Assembly (NCBI RefSeq): GCF_009914755.1
Contig: NC_060944.1
Direction: 5' to 3' (one strand)
Source of the DNA: the human T2T-CHM13v2.0 reference genome, Homo sapiens
Length of the DNA: 64,000 bases
The notes under the pieces: model-generated
What the model saw: the letters and a program-made list of their open reading frames with translations, nothing else
Database searches by the model: none
Told to the model about the DNA's origin: nothing
Shown here: piece by piece, positions 14,001 through 28,725 of the stretch
How positions within the stretch are numbered: position 1 is the stretch's first letter
Layout: the number at the start of each line of letters is the position of its first letter
Program-made: the position numbers and the translations under genes

Positions 14001-17000
14001 ATGGAATCGGATAGAATGGAATCAAACCGAGTGGAGTGCAATGGAATTGAATGTAATGGAATGGAATAAATTGGAATGGAAAGGAATGGAATGGAATGGA
14101 GTGGAATCAACCAGAGTGGAATGGAATTGAATGAAATGGAACGGAATAGAATCAACCCGAGTGGAATGGAATTGAAGGGAATGGAATGCAATGGAATCAA
14201 CCCGAGTGGAATGTAATGAAATGGAATTGAATGGAATTACCCCGAGTGAAATGGCATGGAAAGGAACGGAATAGAATTTAATGGAATGGAATGGCATGCA
14301 ATGGAATCAACCCGAGTGGAATGGAATGGCATGAAATGGAATGCAATGCAATGGAATGGAACCAATAAGAGTGGAATGGATTGGAATGGAATGGAATGGA
14401 ATGAAAGGGAATGGAATCAACCCGAGTGGAATGGAATGGAATGGAATGGAATGGAATGGAATGGAATGGAATGCAATGGAATGGAATGCAATGGAATGGA
14501 ATGGAATACACCAGAGTGGAATGAAATAGAATGGAATGGAATGGAGTGGAATCAACCCCAGTGTAATGGAATGGAATGGAATGGAATGGAATGGAATGGA
14601 ATGGAATGGGATGGAATGGATTGGAATCAAACCGAGTGGAATGGAATGGAATGCAATGGAACGGAAATGGAATGGAATGGAATGGAATGGAATGGAATGG
14701 AATCAACCACAGTGGAATTGACTGTAATGGACCGGAATGGAATGGAATGGAAAGGAATGGAATAAAACCGAGTAGAATGCAATGGAAGGGAATGGAATCG
14801 AATGGAATGGAATGGCATTGAACGGAATCAACACGAGTGGAATGGAATGGAATGGATTGGAGTGGAAAGGAATAAACCCCAGTGGAATGTAATGTAATGG
14901 AATGGAATGGAATGGAGTAGAATGAACCAGATTGGAATGGAATGGTATGGAATGAAATGGAATGGAATGGAATGGTATGGAACGGAATGGAATGGAATGG
15001 AAAGGAAAGGAATGCAAGGGAATCAAAGCGAGAGGAATGGAATGGAATGTGAAGGAATGGAGTGGTATTCAATAGAATCAACCCGAGTGGAATGGAATGG
15101 AAAGGTATTGAACGGAATGGAATGGAATGGAATAGAATCCAATCCAGTGTAAAGGAATGGAACGGAATGGAATGGAATGGAACGGAATGGAATGGAATGC
15201 AATGGAATAGAATGGAATAAATTCCAGTGGAATGGAATGGAATGCAAAGTAATATAATGGAAATGAATCTAATCTACCCGAATGGAAAGGAAAGGAATGA
15301 AATGGAATGGAATGAATGGAATGGAATGGAAAGGAATCAACCCGAGTGGAATGGAAAGGAATGGAATGGAATGGAGTGGAATGGAATGGAATTGATATGA
15401 ATTGAATGTAATCAACTGGAATGCAACGGAATGGAATCTAATGGAATGGAATGGAATCAACTAGAATGAAAAGGAATGGAATGGAATGGAATGCAGTGGA
15501 AAGGAATGGAATGGAATCAACCTGTGTGAAATGTAATGCAAAGGAATGGAATGGAATGGAATGGAATCAACAAAAGTGGAATGGAAGGGAATGGAATAGA
15601 ATGGAATGGAATGGAATGGAAAGCAATGGAGTCAACCCGAATGGAATCGAATGGAATGCAATGCAGTGGAATGGAATGGAATGGAATGGAATGGAATGGA
15701 ATGGAATGAGATGGAATGGAATCAAACCGAGTGGAGTGGAATGGAAATGAAGGGAATGGAATGGAATGGAATGGAATTAACCAGAGTTGAATGTAATTGA
15801 ATGGAATGGAATGGAATGGAATCAACCCGAATGGAATTTAATGGATTGGAATGGAATGGAATGGAATGGAATGGAATGGAATGGAATGGAATCAACCCGA
15901 GGGGAATGGAATGGAATGGAATTGAATGGAATTAACGCGAGTGAAATGGAATGGAAAGGAACGGAATGGAATTTATTGGAATGAAATGGAATGGAATGGA
16001 AAGCAATGGAATTAAATGGAAGCAACCAGAGTTGAAAGGAATTGAATGGAATGGAATGGACTGGAGTCATCCCTAATGGAATGGAATGGAATGGAATGGA
16101 ATGGAATGGAATGGAATGGAATTACCCCGAGTGAAATGGCATGGAAAGGAACGGAATAGAATTTAATGGAATGGAATGGAATGGAATGGAATGGAAACAG
16201 TCTGAGTGGAATTTATTGGAATGGAATGGAATGGAATGAAACCGAATGGAATCAACACGAGTGGAATGGATTGGAATGGAAAGGAATAGAATGGATTGGA
16301 ATCAAACCGAGTGGAATGGAATGGAATGGAATGGAATGGAATGGAATGAAATCAACCCGAGTGGAATGGAATGGAATGGAATGACACGGAATAGAATGGA
16401 ATGGAGTGGATTAGAATCAATCTGAGTGGAATGGAAAGGAATGGAATTGAATGGAATGGAATGGAATGGAATGGAATAGAATCAACCAGACTGGAATTGA
16501 GTGGAATGGACCGGAATGGAATGGAATGGAATGGAATAATCACGTGTAGAATGCAATGGAAGGGAATGGAATCGAATGGAATGGAATGGCATTCAATGGA
16601 ATCAACACGAGTGGAATGGAATGGAATGGAATGGATTGGAGTGGAATGGAATCAACCCGAGTGGAATGGAATGGAATGGAATGGAATGGAATGGAATGGA
16701 ATGGAGTGGAATGTAATGGAATAGAATGGAGTGGAATCAACCCGAGTGGAATGGAATGGTATGGAGTGAAATGGAATGGAATGGAATGGTAAGGAATGTA
16801 ATGGAATGGAATGGAAAGGAAAGGAATGCAATGGAATCAAAACGAGTGGAATGGAATGGAATGGAAAGGAATGGAGTGGAATTCAATAGAATCAACCCTA
16901 GTGGAATGGAATGGAAAGGAATTGAATGGAATGGAAAGGAATGGAATGGAATTCAATCCAGTGTAAAGGAATGGAATGGAATGAAATGGAATGGAATAAA

Positions 17001-17900
17001 TTCGAATGGAACGGAATGGAATGAAAAGTAATATAATGGAAATGAATGGAATCCACCCGAATGGAAAGCAAAGGAATCGAATGGAATGGAATGGAATGGA
17101 ATGGAATGGAATGGAGTCCACCCGAGTGGAATGGAATGGAATAGAGTGGAATGGAATGGAATGGAATGGTATGGAATCAACTCGAGTGGAACGGAAAGGA
17201 ATGGTATGGAATGGAATGGAAAGGAAATGAATGGAATCAACAAGACCAGAATAGAATCCAAAAGACTGGAATGAACAAGTGCAATGGAATGGAATGGAAT
17301 GAAATGGTGTCAACCCGGTTGGAATGGAATGGAATGGAATGGAATGGAATCAATCCGAGTGGAGTGGATTGGAATGGAATGCAATGGAATGGAATGGAAT
17401 TGATTGGAATGCAATGGAATGGAATGGAATGGAATCACCACGATTGAAATGCAATGGAATGGAATGGAATTGAATCACCACGATTGGAATGGAATGGAAT
17501 GGAATGGAATGGAATGGAATGGAATGGAATGGAATGGAATGGAATGGATTCAACCCGAGTGCAATGGAGTGGATTGAAATGGAATGGAATCAACCCGATT
17601 GGAATGGAATGGAAAGGAATGGAGAGCAGTCAACCCAAGTGGAATGTAATGTAATGGAATGGAAATGAATGGAATGGAATGGAATCAACCCGAATGGAAT
17701 GGAATAGAATGGAGTGGAATAGAAAGGAATATAATTGAATGGAGTGGAATGGAATGGAATGGAATGGAATTGAAAGAACCCAAATGGAATGCAATGCAGT
17801 GCAACGGAATGGATTGGAATCAACCCAATTGTAATGGAATGGAATGAAATGGAACGGAATGGAATGGAAGGAGTGGAATACAATGGAATGGAATCGTATC
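7441..17900 (+). repeat. ~10 kb block repeated, with internal duplications and deletions, at ~26368-40760
   Basis: Colinear landmarks: caatgcaagtgaaatta 7441/26368, cgtatagattga ~8480/27402, gaagccaacac 9882/28786, ccacctgaaatgc ~12992/31878, gaaaggtattgaacgg ~15100/38715, gtcatcccta 16066/39686. Confidence 0.8.
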
Positions 17901-18240
17901 AACACGACTGGAATGGAATGGAATGGAATGGAGAGACATGGAATAGAAGGGAATTAAATCCAGCAGAGTGGAATGGAACAGAATGGAGTGGAATGGAATG
18001 CAATTGAAGGGAATGGAATCAACTCGAGTGGAATTGAATGGAATCGAAAGGAATGGAATATTGTGTAATGGAATGGAATGGAAGGGAAAGGAATCAAAAC
18101 TAGTAAAAAGGAATGGAATGGAATGCAACGGAAACAACCGGAGTGGAATGGAATGGAATGGAATGGAAAGAAATGGAATGGAATGGAACGGAAAGGGATA
18201 GGATGGAATGGAATGGAATGGAATCAAACCGACTGGAATG
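15893..18240 (+). repeat. ~2.4 kb block repeated at ~23866-26340
   Basis: caacccgagggg 15893/23866, acagtctgagtggaatttattgg ~16197/24159, ggaattaaatccagcagag ~17950/26038, caaaactagt ~18095/26183. Confidence 0.8.
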
Positions 18241-21200
18241 GACTGGAATGGAGTGGAATGGAATGTAATGTAATAGAATTAAATTTAAAAGAAGTAACCC
18301 CAGTGGAATGGAAAGGAATGGAACGGAATGGAATGGAATTAACCGAAACGGAATGGAATAGAATGCAATTGAATGGAATAAACCCGAACAGAATGGACTA
18401 CAATGGAATGGAGAGGAATGGAATGGAATGGAATGGAATGGAATGGAATGGAATGGAATGGAATCAACCCAAGTGTACACGAATGGAATGCAAATAATGG
18501 AATAGAATGGAATAGAATGGAAAGTTATGGAATGGATTGGAAATGAATAAACCGGAGTGGAATAGAAAATAATGGAATGGAATGGAATCAAACCAAGTGG
18601 AGTGGAATGGACTGGAATGGAATGGAATGGAATGGAACGGAGTCACCCGGAGTGGAATGGAATGGAATGGAATGGAATGGAATGGAATGGAATGGAATGG
18701 AATGGAATGGAATGGAATCACCCAGAGTGGAATGGAATGGAATGGAATGGAGTGACAACAAACCGAGTGGACTGGAACAGAATGGAATGGAATGGAATGG
18801 AATGGAATGGAATGGAATGGAATGGAATGGAATGGAATGGAAAGGAATGGAGTCAACCTGATTGGAATGGAATGAATTGGAATGGAATGGATTGGAATGG
18901 AATGGAATGGAATGGAATGGAATAGAATGGAATGGAGTGGAATCAACACGAGTGGAATAGAAAAGAATGGAATGGAAAGGAATGTAACGGAATGGAATGG
19001 AATGGAATCAACGCGAGTTGAATGGAATGGAAAGGAATGGAATGGAACTGAATCATAAAGAGGGGAATGGAATTGAATGGAATGCGATGGGAAGGAAAGG
19101 AATGGAATGGAATGGAATGGAATGGAATGGAATGGAATGGAATGGATTCAAACCGAGTGGAATGGAATGGAATGGAGTGGAAGGGAATGGAATCAACAAA
19201 AGTGTAATGGAAGGGAATCGAATAGAATGGGATGGAAAGCAATGCAGTCAACCCGAATGGAATCGAATGGAGTGGAATCTAATGGAATGGAATGGAATGG
19301 AATGGAATGGAATGGAATGGAATGGAATGGAATGGAATGGAATAGAATGGAATCGGATAGAATGGAATCAAACCGAGTGGAGTGCAATGGAATTGAATGT
19401 AATGGAATGGAATAAATTGGAATGGAAAGGAATGGAATGGAATGGAGTGGAATCAACCAGAGTGGAATGGAATTGAATGGAATGGAATGGAATGGAATCA
19501 ACCAGAGTGGAATGGAATTGAATGGAATGGAATGGAATGGAAACAACCCGAGTGGAATGGAATGGAATTCAATAGAGTGGTACGGAATGGAATGGAATAG
19601 AATGGAATAGAATGGAATCAAAACGAGTGGAATGGAATGGAATGGAATGGAATGGAATGGAATGGAATGGATTGGAAACAAACCGAGTGGAATGGAATGC
19701 AATGGAATGGAATGGAATGGAATGCAATGGCATGGAATGGAATGGAATGGAATGGAATGGCATGGAATGGAATGGAATGGAATGGAATGGAATGGAATGG
19801 AATGGAATGGCATGGAATGGAATGGAATGGAACGGAATGGATTGCAATGCTTTGGAATGGAATCGAATGGAATCAACTGGAATGGAAGGGAATGGAATGG
19901 AATCAGTTAGATTGGAATGGCATGGAATGGAATGGAATGCAATGGAATGTAATGGAAAGGAATCAACCCGTGTGGAATGTAATGCAAAGGAATGGAATGG
20001 AATGGAATCAACCAAAGTGGAATGGAAGGGAATGGAATAGAATGGAAGGGAATGGAATGGAATGCAATGGAGTCAACCCAAACGGAATCGAATGGAATGG
20101 AATGCAATGGAATGGAATGAAATGGAATCGAATGGAATGGAATGAAATGGAATGGTATGGAATGGAATGAGATGGGATGGAATGAAATTAAAAGGAGTGG
20201 AGTGGAATGGAATGGAATGGAATGGAATGGAATAGAATGGAATGGAATGCATTTCAATGGAATGGAATGCAATGGAGTCAACGTGAGAGGGATGGATTGG
20301 AATGGAATGGAAGGGAATGGAATGGAATGGAATCAACCCGAGTGGAATGGATTGGACTGTAATGGAATGGAATGGCTAGGAACGGAATGGAATGGAGTGG
20401 AATGGAATGGAGTGGAATAGAATGTAATTCAATGGATAGGTATGGAAAGGAATCGAGTGGAATGGAATGGCAAGGAAGAGAATGGAAGGAATGGAAAGGA
20501 ATCAAGCCGAGTGGAATCGAAAGGAATGGAATGGAATGGAATGGAATGGAATGGAATGGAATGGAATGGAATGCAATGGAATTACCCCGAGTGAAATGGC
20601 ATGGAAAGGAACGGAATAGAATTTAATGGAATAGAATGGAATGGTATGGAATCAACCCGAGTGGAATTGAATGGAATGAAATTTAATGCAATGTAATGGA
20701 ATGGAACCAATAAGAGTGGAATGGATTGGAATGGAATGGAATGGAATGAAAGGGAATGGAATCAACCCGAGTGGAATGGAATGGAATGGAATGGAATGGA
20801 ATGGAATGGAATGGAATGGAATGGAATGGAATGGAATGGAATATACCAGAGTGGAATGGAATAGAATAGAATGGAATGGAGTGGAATCAACCCCAGTGGA
20901 ATGGAATGGAATGGAATGGAATGGAATGGAATGGAATGGATTGGAATCAAACCGAGTGGAATGGAATGGAATGCAATGGCATGGAAAGGAATGGAATGGA
21001 CTGAAATAAACCCGAATGGAATGGAATGGAATGGAATGGAATGGAATGGAATAGAATGGAATGGAGTGGATTGGAATCAATCTGAGTGGAATGGAAAGGA
21101 ATGGAAAGGAATGGAATTGAAGAGAATTGAATGGAATGGAATGGAATGGAATGGAATGGAATGGAATGGAATGGAATGGAATGCAATGGAAACAACCAGA

Positions 21201-24200
21201 GTGGAATTGAGTGTAATGGATCGAAATGGAATGGAATGGAATGGAATAAACCTGAGTAGAATGCAATGGAAGGGAATGGAATCAAATGGAATGGAATGGC
21301 ATTGAATGGAATCAACACGAGTGGAATGGAATGGAATGGATTGGATTGGACAGTTATGGAATCAACCCTAATGGAATGTAATGGAATGGAATGGAATGGA
21401 ATGCAGTGGAATTAACCCGAGTGGAATGGAATGGTATGGAGTGAAATGGAATGGAATGGAATGGTATGGAATGGAATGGAATGAAAAGGAAAGGAAAGCA
21501 ATGAAATCAAAACGAGTGGAATTGAATGGAATGTAAAGAAATGGAGTGGAATTCAATAGAATCAACACGAGTGGAATGGAATGGAAAGGAATTAAACGGA
21601 AAGGAATGGAATGGAATGGAATCCAATCCAATGTAAAGGAATGGAACGGAACGGAATAGCATGTAATGGAATGGAATGGAACGGACTGGAATGGAAAAAA
21701 TTCGAGTGGAATGGAATGGAATGCAAAGAAATATAATGGAAATGAATGGAATCCACGCGAATGGAAAGGAAAGGAATGGAATGGAATGGAATGGAATGGA
21801 GAGGAATGGAATGGAATGGAATGGAGAGGAATGGAATGGAATTGATTTGAGTGGTATGCAATCAACTGGAATGGAATGGAATGGAATGGAATGGAATGGA
21901 ATGGAATGGAATCAACACGAATGGAATTGAATGGAATAGAATGGAATAGAATTTAATGGAATGGAATGGAATGGAATCGAATGGGATGGAATGGAATTTA
22001 ATGGAATGGAATAGAATGGAATGGAATCACCCCGAGTGGTATGCAATGGAGAGGAATGGAATGGAATGGAAAGGAATCAACCCGAGTGTTATGCAAAGGA
22101 GTGGAATGGAATGGAATGGGATGGAATGCAGTCAACAGGAGTGGAATGGAATGAATTGTAATGGAATGGAATTTAATGGAATGGAATCAAACGGAGTGGA
22201 ATGGAATGGAATGGAATCAACCCTTGTGAAATGTAAAGCAAAGGAATGGAATGGAATGGAATGGAATCAAAAAAAGTGGAATGGAATGGAATGAAATGGA
22301 ATACAATGGAATGGAATGGAATGGAACGGAATAAACCGGAGTGGAATGGAATGGAATGGAATGCAATGGATTCGATTGGAATTTAATTATCCCGATTGGA
22401 ATGGAGTGGAAAGGAATGGAATGGAATGGAATGGAATGGAAAGAAGCCGATTGGAATGCAGTGGAATGCAAAGGAATGGAATTGAAAGGGATGGAATGGA
22501 ATGGAATGGAATGGAATGGAACGGAATGGAATGGAATGGAATGGAATGCAATGGAATGGAATGGAATGGAATCAACCCGAGTGGAATGGAAAGGAATGGA
22601 ATGGAAAAGAATGGAATGGAATGCAATCAACCTGAGTGGAATGGAATGGAGTACAATGGAATGGAATGCAATGGATTGGAATGGAATCAACCCGAGTGGA
22701 ATGGAATGGAATGGAATGGAATGGAGTGGAATGGAATACAACAGAGTGGAATGGAATAGAATGGAATGAAATGGAGTGGAATCAACCCCAGTGGAATGGA
22801 AAGGAATGGAATGCAATGAAATGGAATGGAATGGAATGGCATGGAATGAAATGGAATACAGTGGAATCGAATGCATTGGAATCAAATGGAGAGAATGGAA
22901 TGCAATGGAATGGAATGGAATGGAATGGAATGGAATGGAATGGAATGCAATGGAATGGAATGGAATGCAATAAAATCAACCCGAGTGGAATGGAATGGAA
23001 TAGAATGGGATGGAATTGAATGGAATGGAGTGGATTGGAATCAATCTGAGTGGAATGGAAAGGAATGGATTTGAAGAGAATGGAATGGAATGGAATGGAA
23101 TGGAATGCAATGGAATGGAAAGGAATGGAATGGAATGGAATGGAATGGAATGGAATGGAATGGAGTGGAATGGAATGGAATGGAATGGAGTGGAATGGAA
23201 TGGAATGGAATGGAGTGGAATGGAATGGAATGGAATGGAATCAATGCAAGTGAAATTAAAAGGAATAGAATGGAAAGGAATGGAATGGAGTGGAATGGAA
23301 TGGAATTGATGTGAACGAAATGGAATCAACCAGAGTTGAATGGAATGCAATGGAATGTAATGGAAAGGAATCAACCCATGTGGAATGTAATGGAAAGGAA
23401 TGCAATGGAATGGAATGAATCAACAAAAGTGGAATGGAAGGGAATGGAAAAGAATGGTAGGGAAAGGAATGGAATGCAATGGAGTCAACCTAAATGGAAT
23501 CGAATTGAATGGAATGCAATGGAATAGAATGAAATGGAACGGAATCGAATGGAATGGGATGGGATGGAATAGAATTACACCGAGTGGAGCGGAATGGAAT
23601 TGAATGGAATGGAATGGAATAAATTGGAATGGAATGGAATGGAATGGAATGGAATGGAATGGAATGGAGTGGAAAGCAATTGAATGGAATGGAATCAACC
23701 AGAGTGGAATGGAATTGAATAGAATGGAATGGAATGGAATCAACCCGAGTGCAATGGAATGGAATGGAAACAAACCGAGTGAAATGGAATGGAAAGCTAC
23801 GGAATGGAATGATTTGGAATCAAACCGAGTGGAATGGAATGGAATGGAATGGAATGGAATGGAATCAACCCGAGGGGAATGGAATGGAATGGAATTGAAT
23901 GGAATTAACGCGAGTGAAATGGAATGGAAAGGAACGCAATGGAATTTATTGGAATGAAATGGAATGGAATGGAAAGCAATGGAATTAAATGGAAGCAACC
24001 AGAGTTGAATGTAATTGAATGGAATGTAATGGACAGAGTCATCCCTAATGGAATGGAATGGAATGGAATGGAATGGAATGGAATGGAATTACCCTGAGTG
24101 AAATGGCATAGAAAGGAATGGAATAGAATTTAATGGAATGGAATGGAATGGAATGGAAACAGTCTGAGTGGAATTTATTGGAATGGAATGGAATGGAATG

Positions 24201-27200
24201 AAACGGAATGGAATCAACACGAGTGGAATGGATTGGAATGGAAAGGAATAGAATGGATTGGAATCAAACCGAGTGGAATGGAATGGAATCGAATGGAAAG
24301 GAATGGAATGGAATGAAATCAACCCGAGTGGAATGGAGTGGAATGGAATGGCATGAAATAGAATGGAATGGAGTGGATTAGAATCAATCTGAGTGGAATG
24401 GAAAGGAATGGAATTGAATGGAATGGAATGGAATGGAATGGAATAGAATCAACCAGACTGCAATTGAGTGGAATGGACCGGAATGGAATGGAATGGAATG
24501 GAATAATCACGTGTAGAATGCAATGGAAGGGAATGGAATCGAATGGAATGGAATGGCATTCAATGGAATCAACACGAGTGGAATGGAATGGAATGGAATG
24601 GATTGGAGTGGAATGGAATCAACCCGAGTGGAATGGAATGGAATGGAATGGAATGGAATGGAATGGAATGGAATGGAATGGAATGGAGTGGAATATAATG
24701 GAATAGAATGGAGTGGAATCAACCCGAGTGGAATGGAATGGTATGGAGTGAAATGGAATGGAATGGAATGGTACGGAATGTAATGGAATGGAATGGAAAG
24801 GAAAGGAATGCAATGGAATCAAAACGAGTGGAATGGAATGGAATGGAAAGTAATGGAGTGGAATTCAATAGAATCAACCCTAGTGGAATGGAATGGAAAG
24901 GAATTGAATGGAATGGAAAGGAATGGAATGGAATTCAATCCAGTGTAAAGGAATGGAATGGAATGGAATGAAATGGAATGGAATAAATTCCAATGGAATG
25001 GAATAAATTCGAATGGAATGGAATGGAATGAAAAGTAATATAATGGAAATGAATGGAATCCACCCGAATGGAAAGCAAAGGAATGGAATGCAATGGAATT
25101 CAATGGAATGGAATGGAATGGAATGGAATGGAATGGAGTCCACCCGAGTGGAATGGAATGGAATAGAGTGGAATGGAATGGAATGGTATGGAATCAACTC
25201 GAGTGGAACGGAAAGGAATGGTACGGAATGGAATGGAAAGGAAATGAATGGAATCAACAAGACCAGAATAGAATCCAAAAGACTGGAATGAACAAGTACA
25301 ATGGAATGGAATGGAATGAAATGGTATCAACCCGGTTGGAATGGAATGGAATGGAATGGAATGGAATGAAATCAATCCGAGTGGAGTGGATTGGAATGGA
25401 ATGGACTTTAATTGAATCAGCCCGACCGGAATGGAATTGAATGGAATGGATTGAAATGGAATGGAATGGAATGGAATGGAATGGAATGGAATGGAATGCA
25501 ATGGAATGGAATGGAATTGATTGGAATGCAATGGAATGGAATGGAATGGAATCACCACGATTGAAATGCAATGGAATGGAATGGAGTTGAATCACCACGA
25601 TTGGAATGGAATGGAATGGAATGGAATGGATTCAACCCGAGTGCAGTGGAATGGATTGCAATGGAATGGAATCAACCCGATTGCAATGGAATGGAAAGGA
25701 ATGGAATGCAGTCAACCCAAGTGGAATGTAATTTAATGGAATGGAAATGAATGGAATGGAATGGAATGGAATCAACCCGAATGGAATGGAATGGAATGGA
25801 GTGGAATAGAAAGGAATATAATTGAATGGAGTGGAATGGAATGGAATGGAATGGAATTGAAAGAACCCGAATGGAATGCAATGCAGTGGAATGGAATGGA
25901 TTGGAATCAACCCAATTGGAATGGAAAGGAATGGAATGGAACGGAATGGAATGGAAAGGAGTGGAATACAATGGAATGGGATCGAACCAACACGACTGGA
26001 ATGGAATGGAATGGAATGGAGAGAAATGGAATGGAAGGGAATTAAATCCAGCAGAGTGGAATGGAACAGAATGGAGTGGAATGGAATGCAATTGAAGGGA
26101 ATGGAATCAACTCCAGTGGAATTGAATGGAATCGAAAGGAATGGAATGTTGTGTAATGGAATGGAATGGAAAGGAATGGAATCAAAACTAGTGAAAAGGA
26201 ATGGAATGGAAAGGAATGGAATGGAATGCAACGGAAACAACCCGAGTGGAATGGAATGGAATGGAATGGAAAGGAATGGAATGGAATGGAACGGAAAGGA
26301 ATGGGATGGAATGGAATGGAATGGAATCAAACCGACTGGAATGGAATGGAATGGAGTGGAATGGAATCAATGCAAGTGAAATTAAATGGAATAGAATGGA
26401 AAGGAATGGAATGGAGTGGAATGGAATGGAATTGATATGAACGGAATGGAAGCAACCAGAGTTGAATGGAATGCAATGGAATGTAATGGAAAGGAATCAA
26501 CCCATGTGGAATGTAATGGAAAGGAATGCAATGGAATGGAATGAATCAACAAAAGTGGAATGGAAGGGAATGGAAAAGAATGGTAGGGAAAGGAATGGAA
26601 TGCAATGGAGTCAACCTAAATGGAATCGAATAGAATGGAATGCAATGGAATAGAATGAAATGGAACGGAATCGAATGGAATGGGATGGGATGGAATAGAA
26701 TTACACCGAGTGGAGCGGAATGGAATGGAATGGAATGGAATGGAATAATTTGGAATGGAAAGGAATGGAATGCAATGGAATGGAATCAACCCATATGGAA
26801 TGGAATGGAATGGAATGGAGTGGAAAGCAATTGAATGGAATGGAATCAACCAGAGTGTAATGGAATTGAATAGAATGGAATGGAATGGAATCAACCTGAG
26901 TGCAGTGGAATGGAATGGAAACAACCCGAGTGAAATGGAATGGAAAGCTAACGAATGGAATGATTTGGAATCAAACCGAGTGGAATGGAATGGAATGGAA
27001 TGGAATGAAATCAACCCGAGTGGAATGGAATGGAATGGAATGGAATGGGATGGAATAGAATGGAATGGAGTGGATTAGAATCAATCTGAATGGAATGGAA
27101 AGGAATGGAAAGGAATGGAATTGAATGGAATGGAATGGAATGAAATGGAATGGAATGGAATGGAATAGAATCAACCAGAGTGGAATGGAGTGGAATGGAC

Positions 27201-28725
27201 TGGAATGGAATGGAATGCAATGGAATAAACGCGAGTAGAATGCAATGGAAGGGAATGGAACCAAATGGAATGGAATGGCATTGAATGGGATCAACACGAG
27301 TGGAATGGAATAGAATGGATAGGAATTGAATGGAATCCACCAGAGTGGAATATAATGGAAAAGAATGGAATGTAGCGGAATCAACCCGAGTGGGATGGAA
27401 TCGTATAGATTGAAACGCAATGGAATGGAATCGTATGGAATTGAATGGAATGGAATGGAAAGGAAAGGAAAGGAATGCAATGGAATCAAAACGAGTGGAA
27501 TGGAATGGAATGGAAAGAAATACAATGGAATTCAATAGAATCAACCAGAGTGGGATGGAATGGAAAGGAATTGAATGCAATGGAATGGAATGGAATGGAA
27601 TCCAATCCAGTGTAAAGGAATGGAATGGAATGGAAGGAAATGGAATGGAATGGAATGGACTGGAATGGAATAAATTCGAGTGGAATGGAATGGAATGCAG
27701 TTTAATATAATGGAAAGCAATGGAATGCACCCGAATGGAATGGAAAGGAATGCAATGGAATGGAATGGAATGGAATGGAATGGAATGGAATGGAATGGAA
27801 TGGAATGGAATGAATTGGAATGGAATCAACCCGAGTGGAATGGAAAGGAATGGAATGGAATGTAATGGAATGGAATGGAATGGAAAGGAATGGAATCAAC
27901 CCGAGTGTAATGGAATGGAATGGAATGCAATGGAATGGAATGGAATCAACATGAGTGGAATGCAATAGAATGGAATGGAATGGAATGGAATGAAATGGAT
28001 TGAAATCAACCCACGTGGAATGTAGTGGATTCGAATGGAATGGAATCAACCCGAGAGGAATGGAATGCAATGGAATGGATTGGACTGGAATGGAATGGAA
28101 TGGAATGGAGTTTAATGGAATGGGATGGAATGGAATGGAATGGAATGGAATGGAATGGAATCAATCCTATTGGAATCAAATGGAATGGAATGGAATGGAA
28201 TCAATCTGAGTGGAATGGAATGGAATGCAATGAAATGGTATGGAATGATTGGAATGGAATGGAATGGACTCAAAACAAGTGGAATGGAATGGAATGGAAA
28301 CGAATGGAACGGAAAGGAATGTAAACAAACCGAGTGGAATGGAATGGAATGCAATGGAATGGCATGGAATGGCATGGAATGGAATGGAATAGAATGGAAT
28401 GAAAACGAGTGGAATGGAATGGATTCGAATGGAATGGAATAGACTGGAATCAAACAGAGTGGAATGGAATGCAATGAAATTGAATCGAATCGAATGGAAT
28501 GGAATGCAATGGCATGGAATGGAGTGGAATGGAATGGAATGGAATGGAATGGAATGGAATAGAGTCCAACGGAATGGAATGGCATGGAATTGAATGGAAT
28601 GGATTGGAATGCGTTGGAATGGAGTCGAATGGAATCAACTGGGATGAAAGGGAATGGAATGGAATGGAATTAATTAGATTGCAATGCAATGGAATGGAAT
28701 GGAATGGAATGGAATGGAATGGAAG

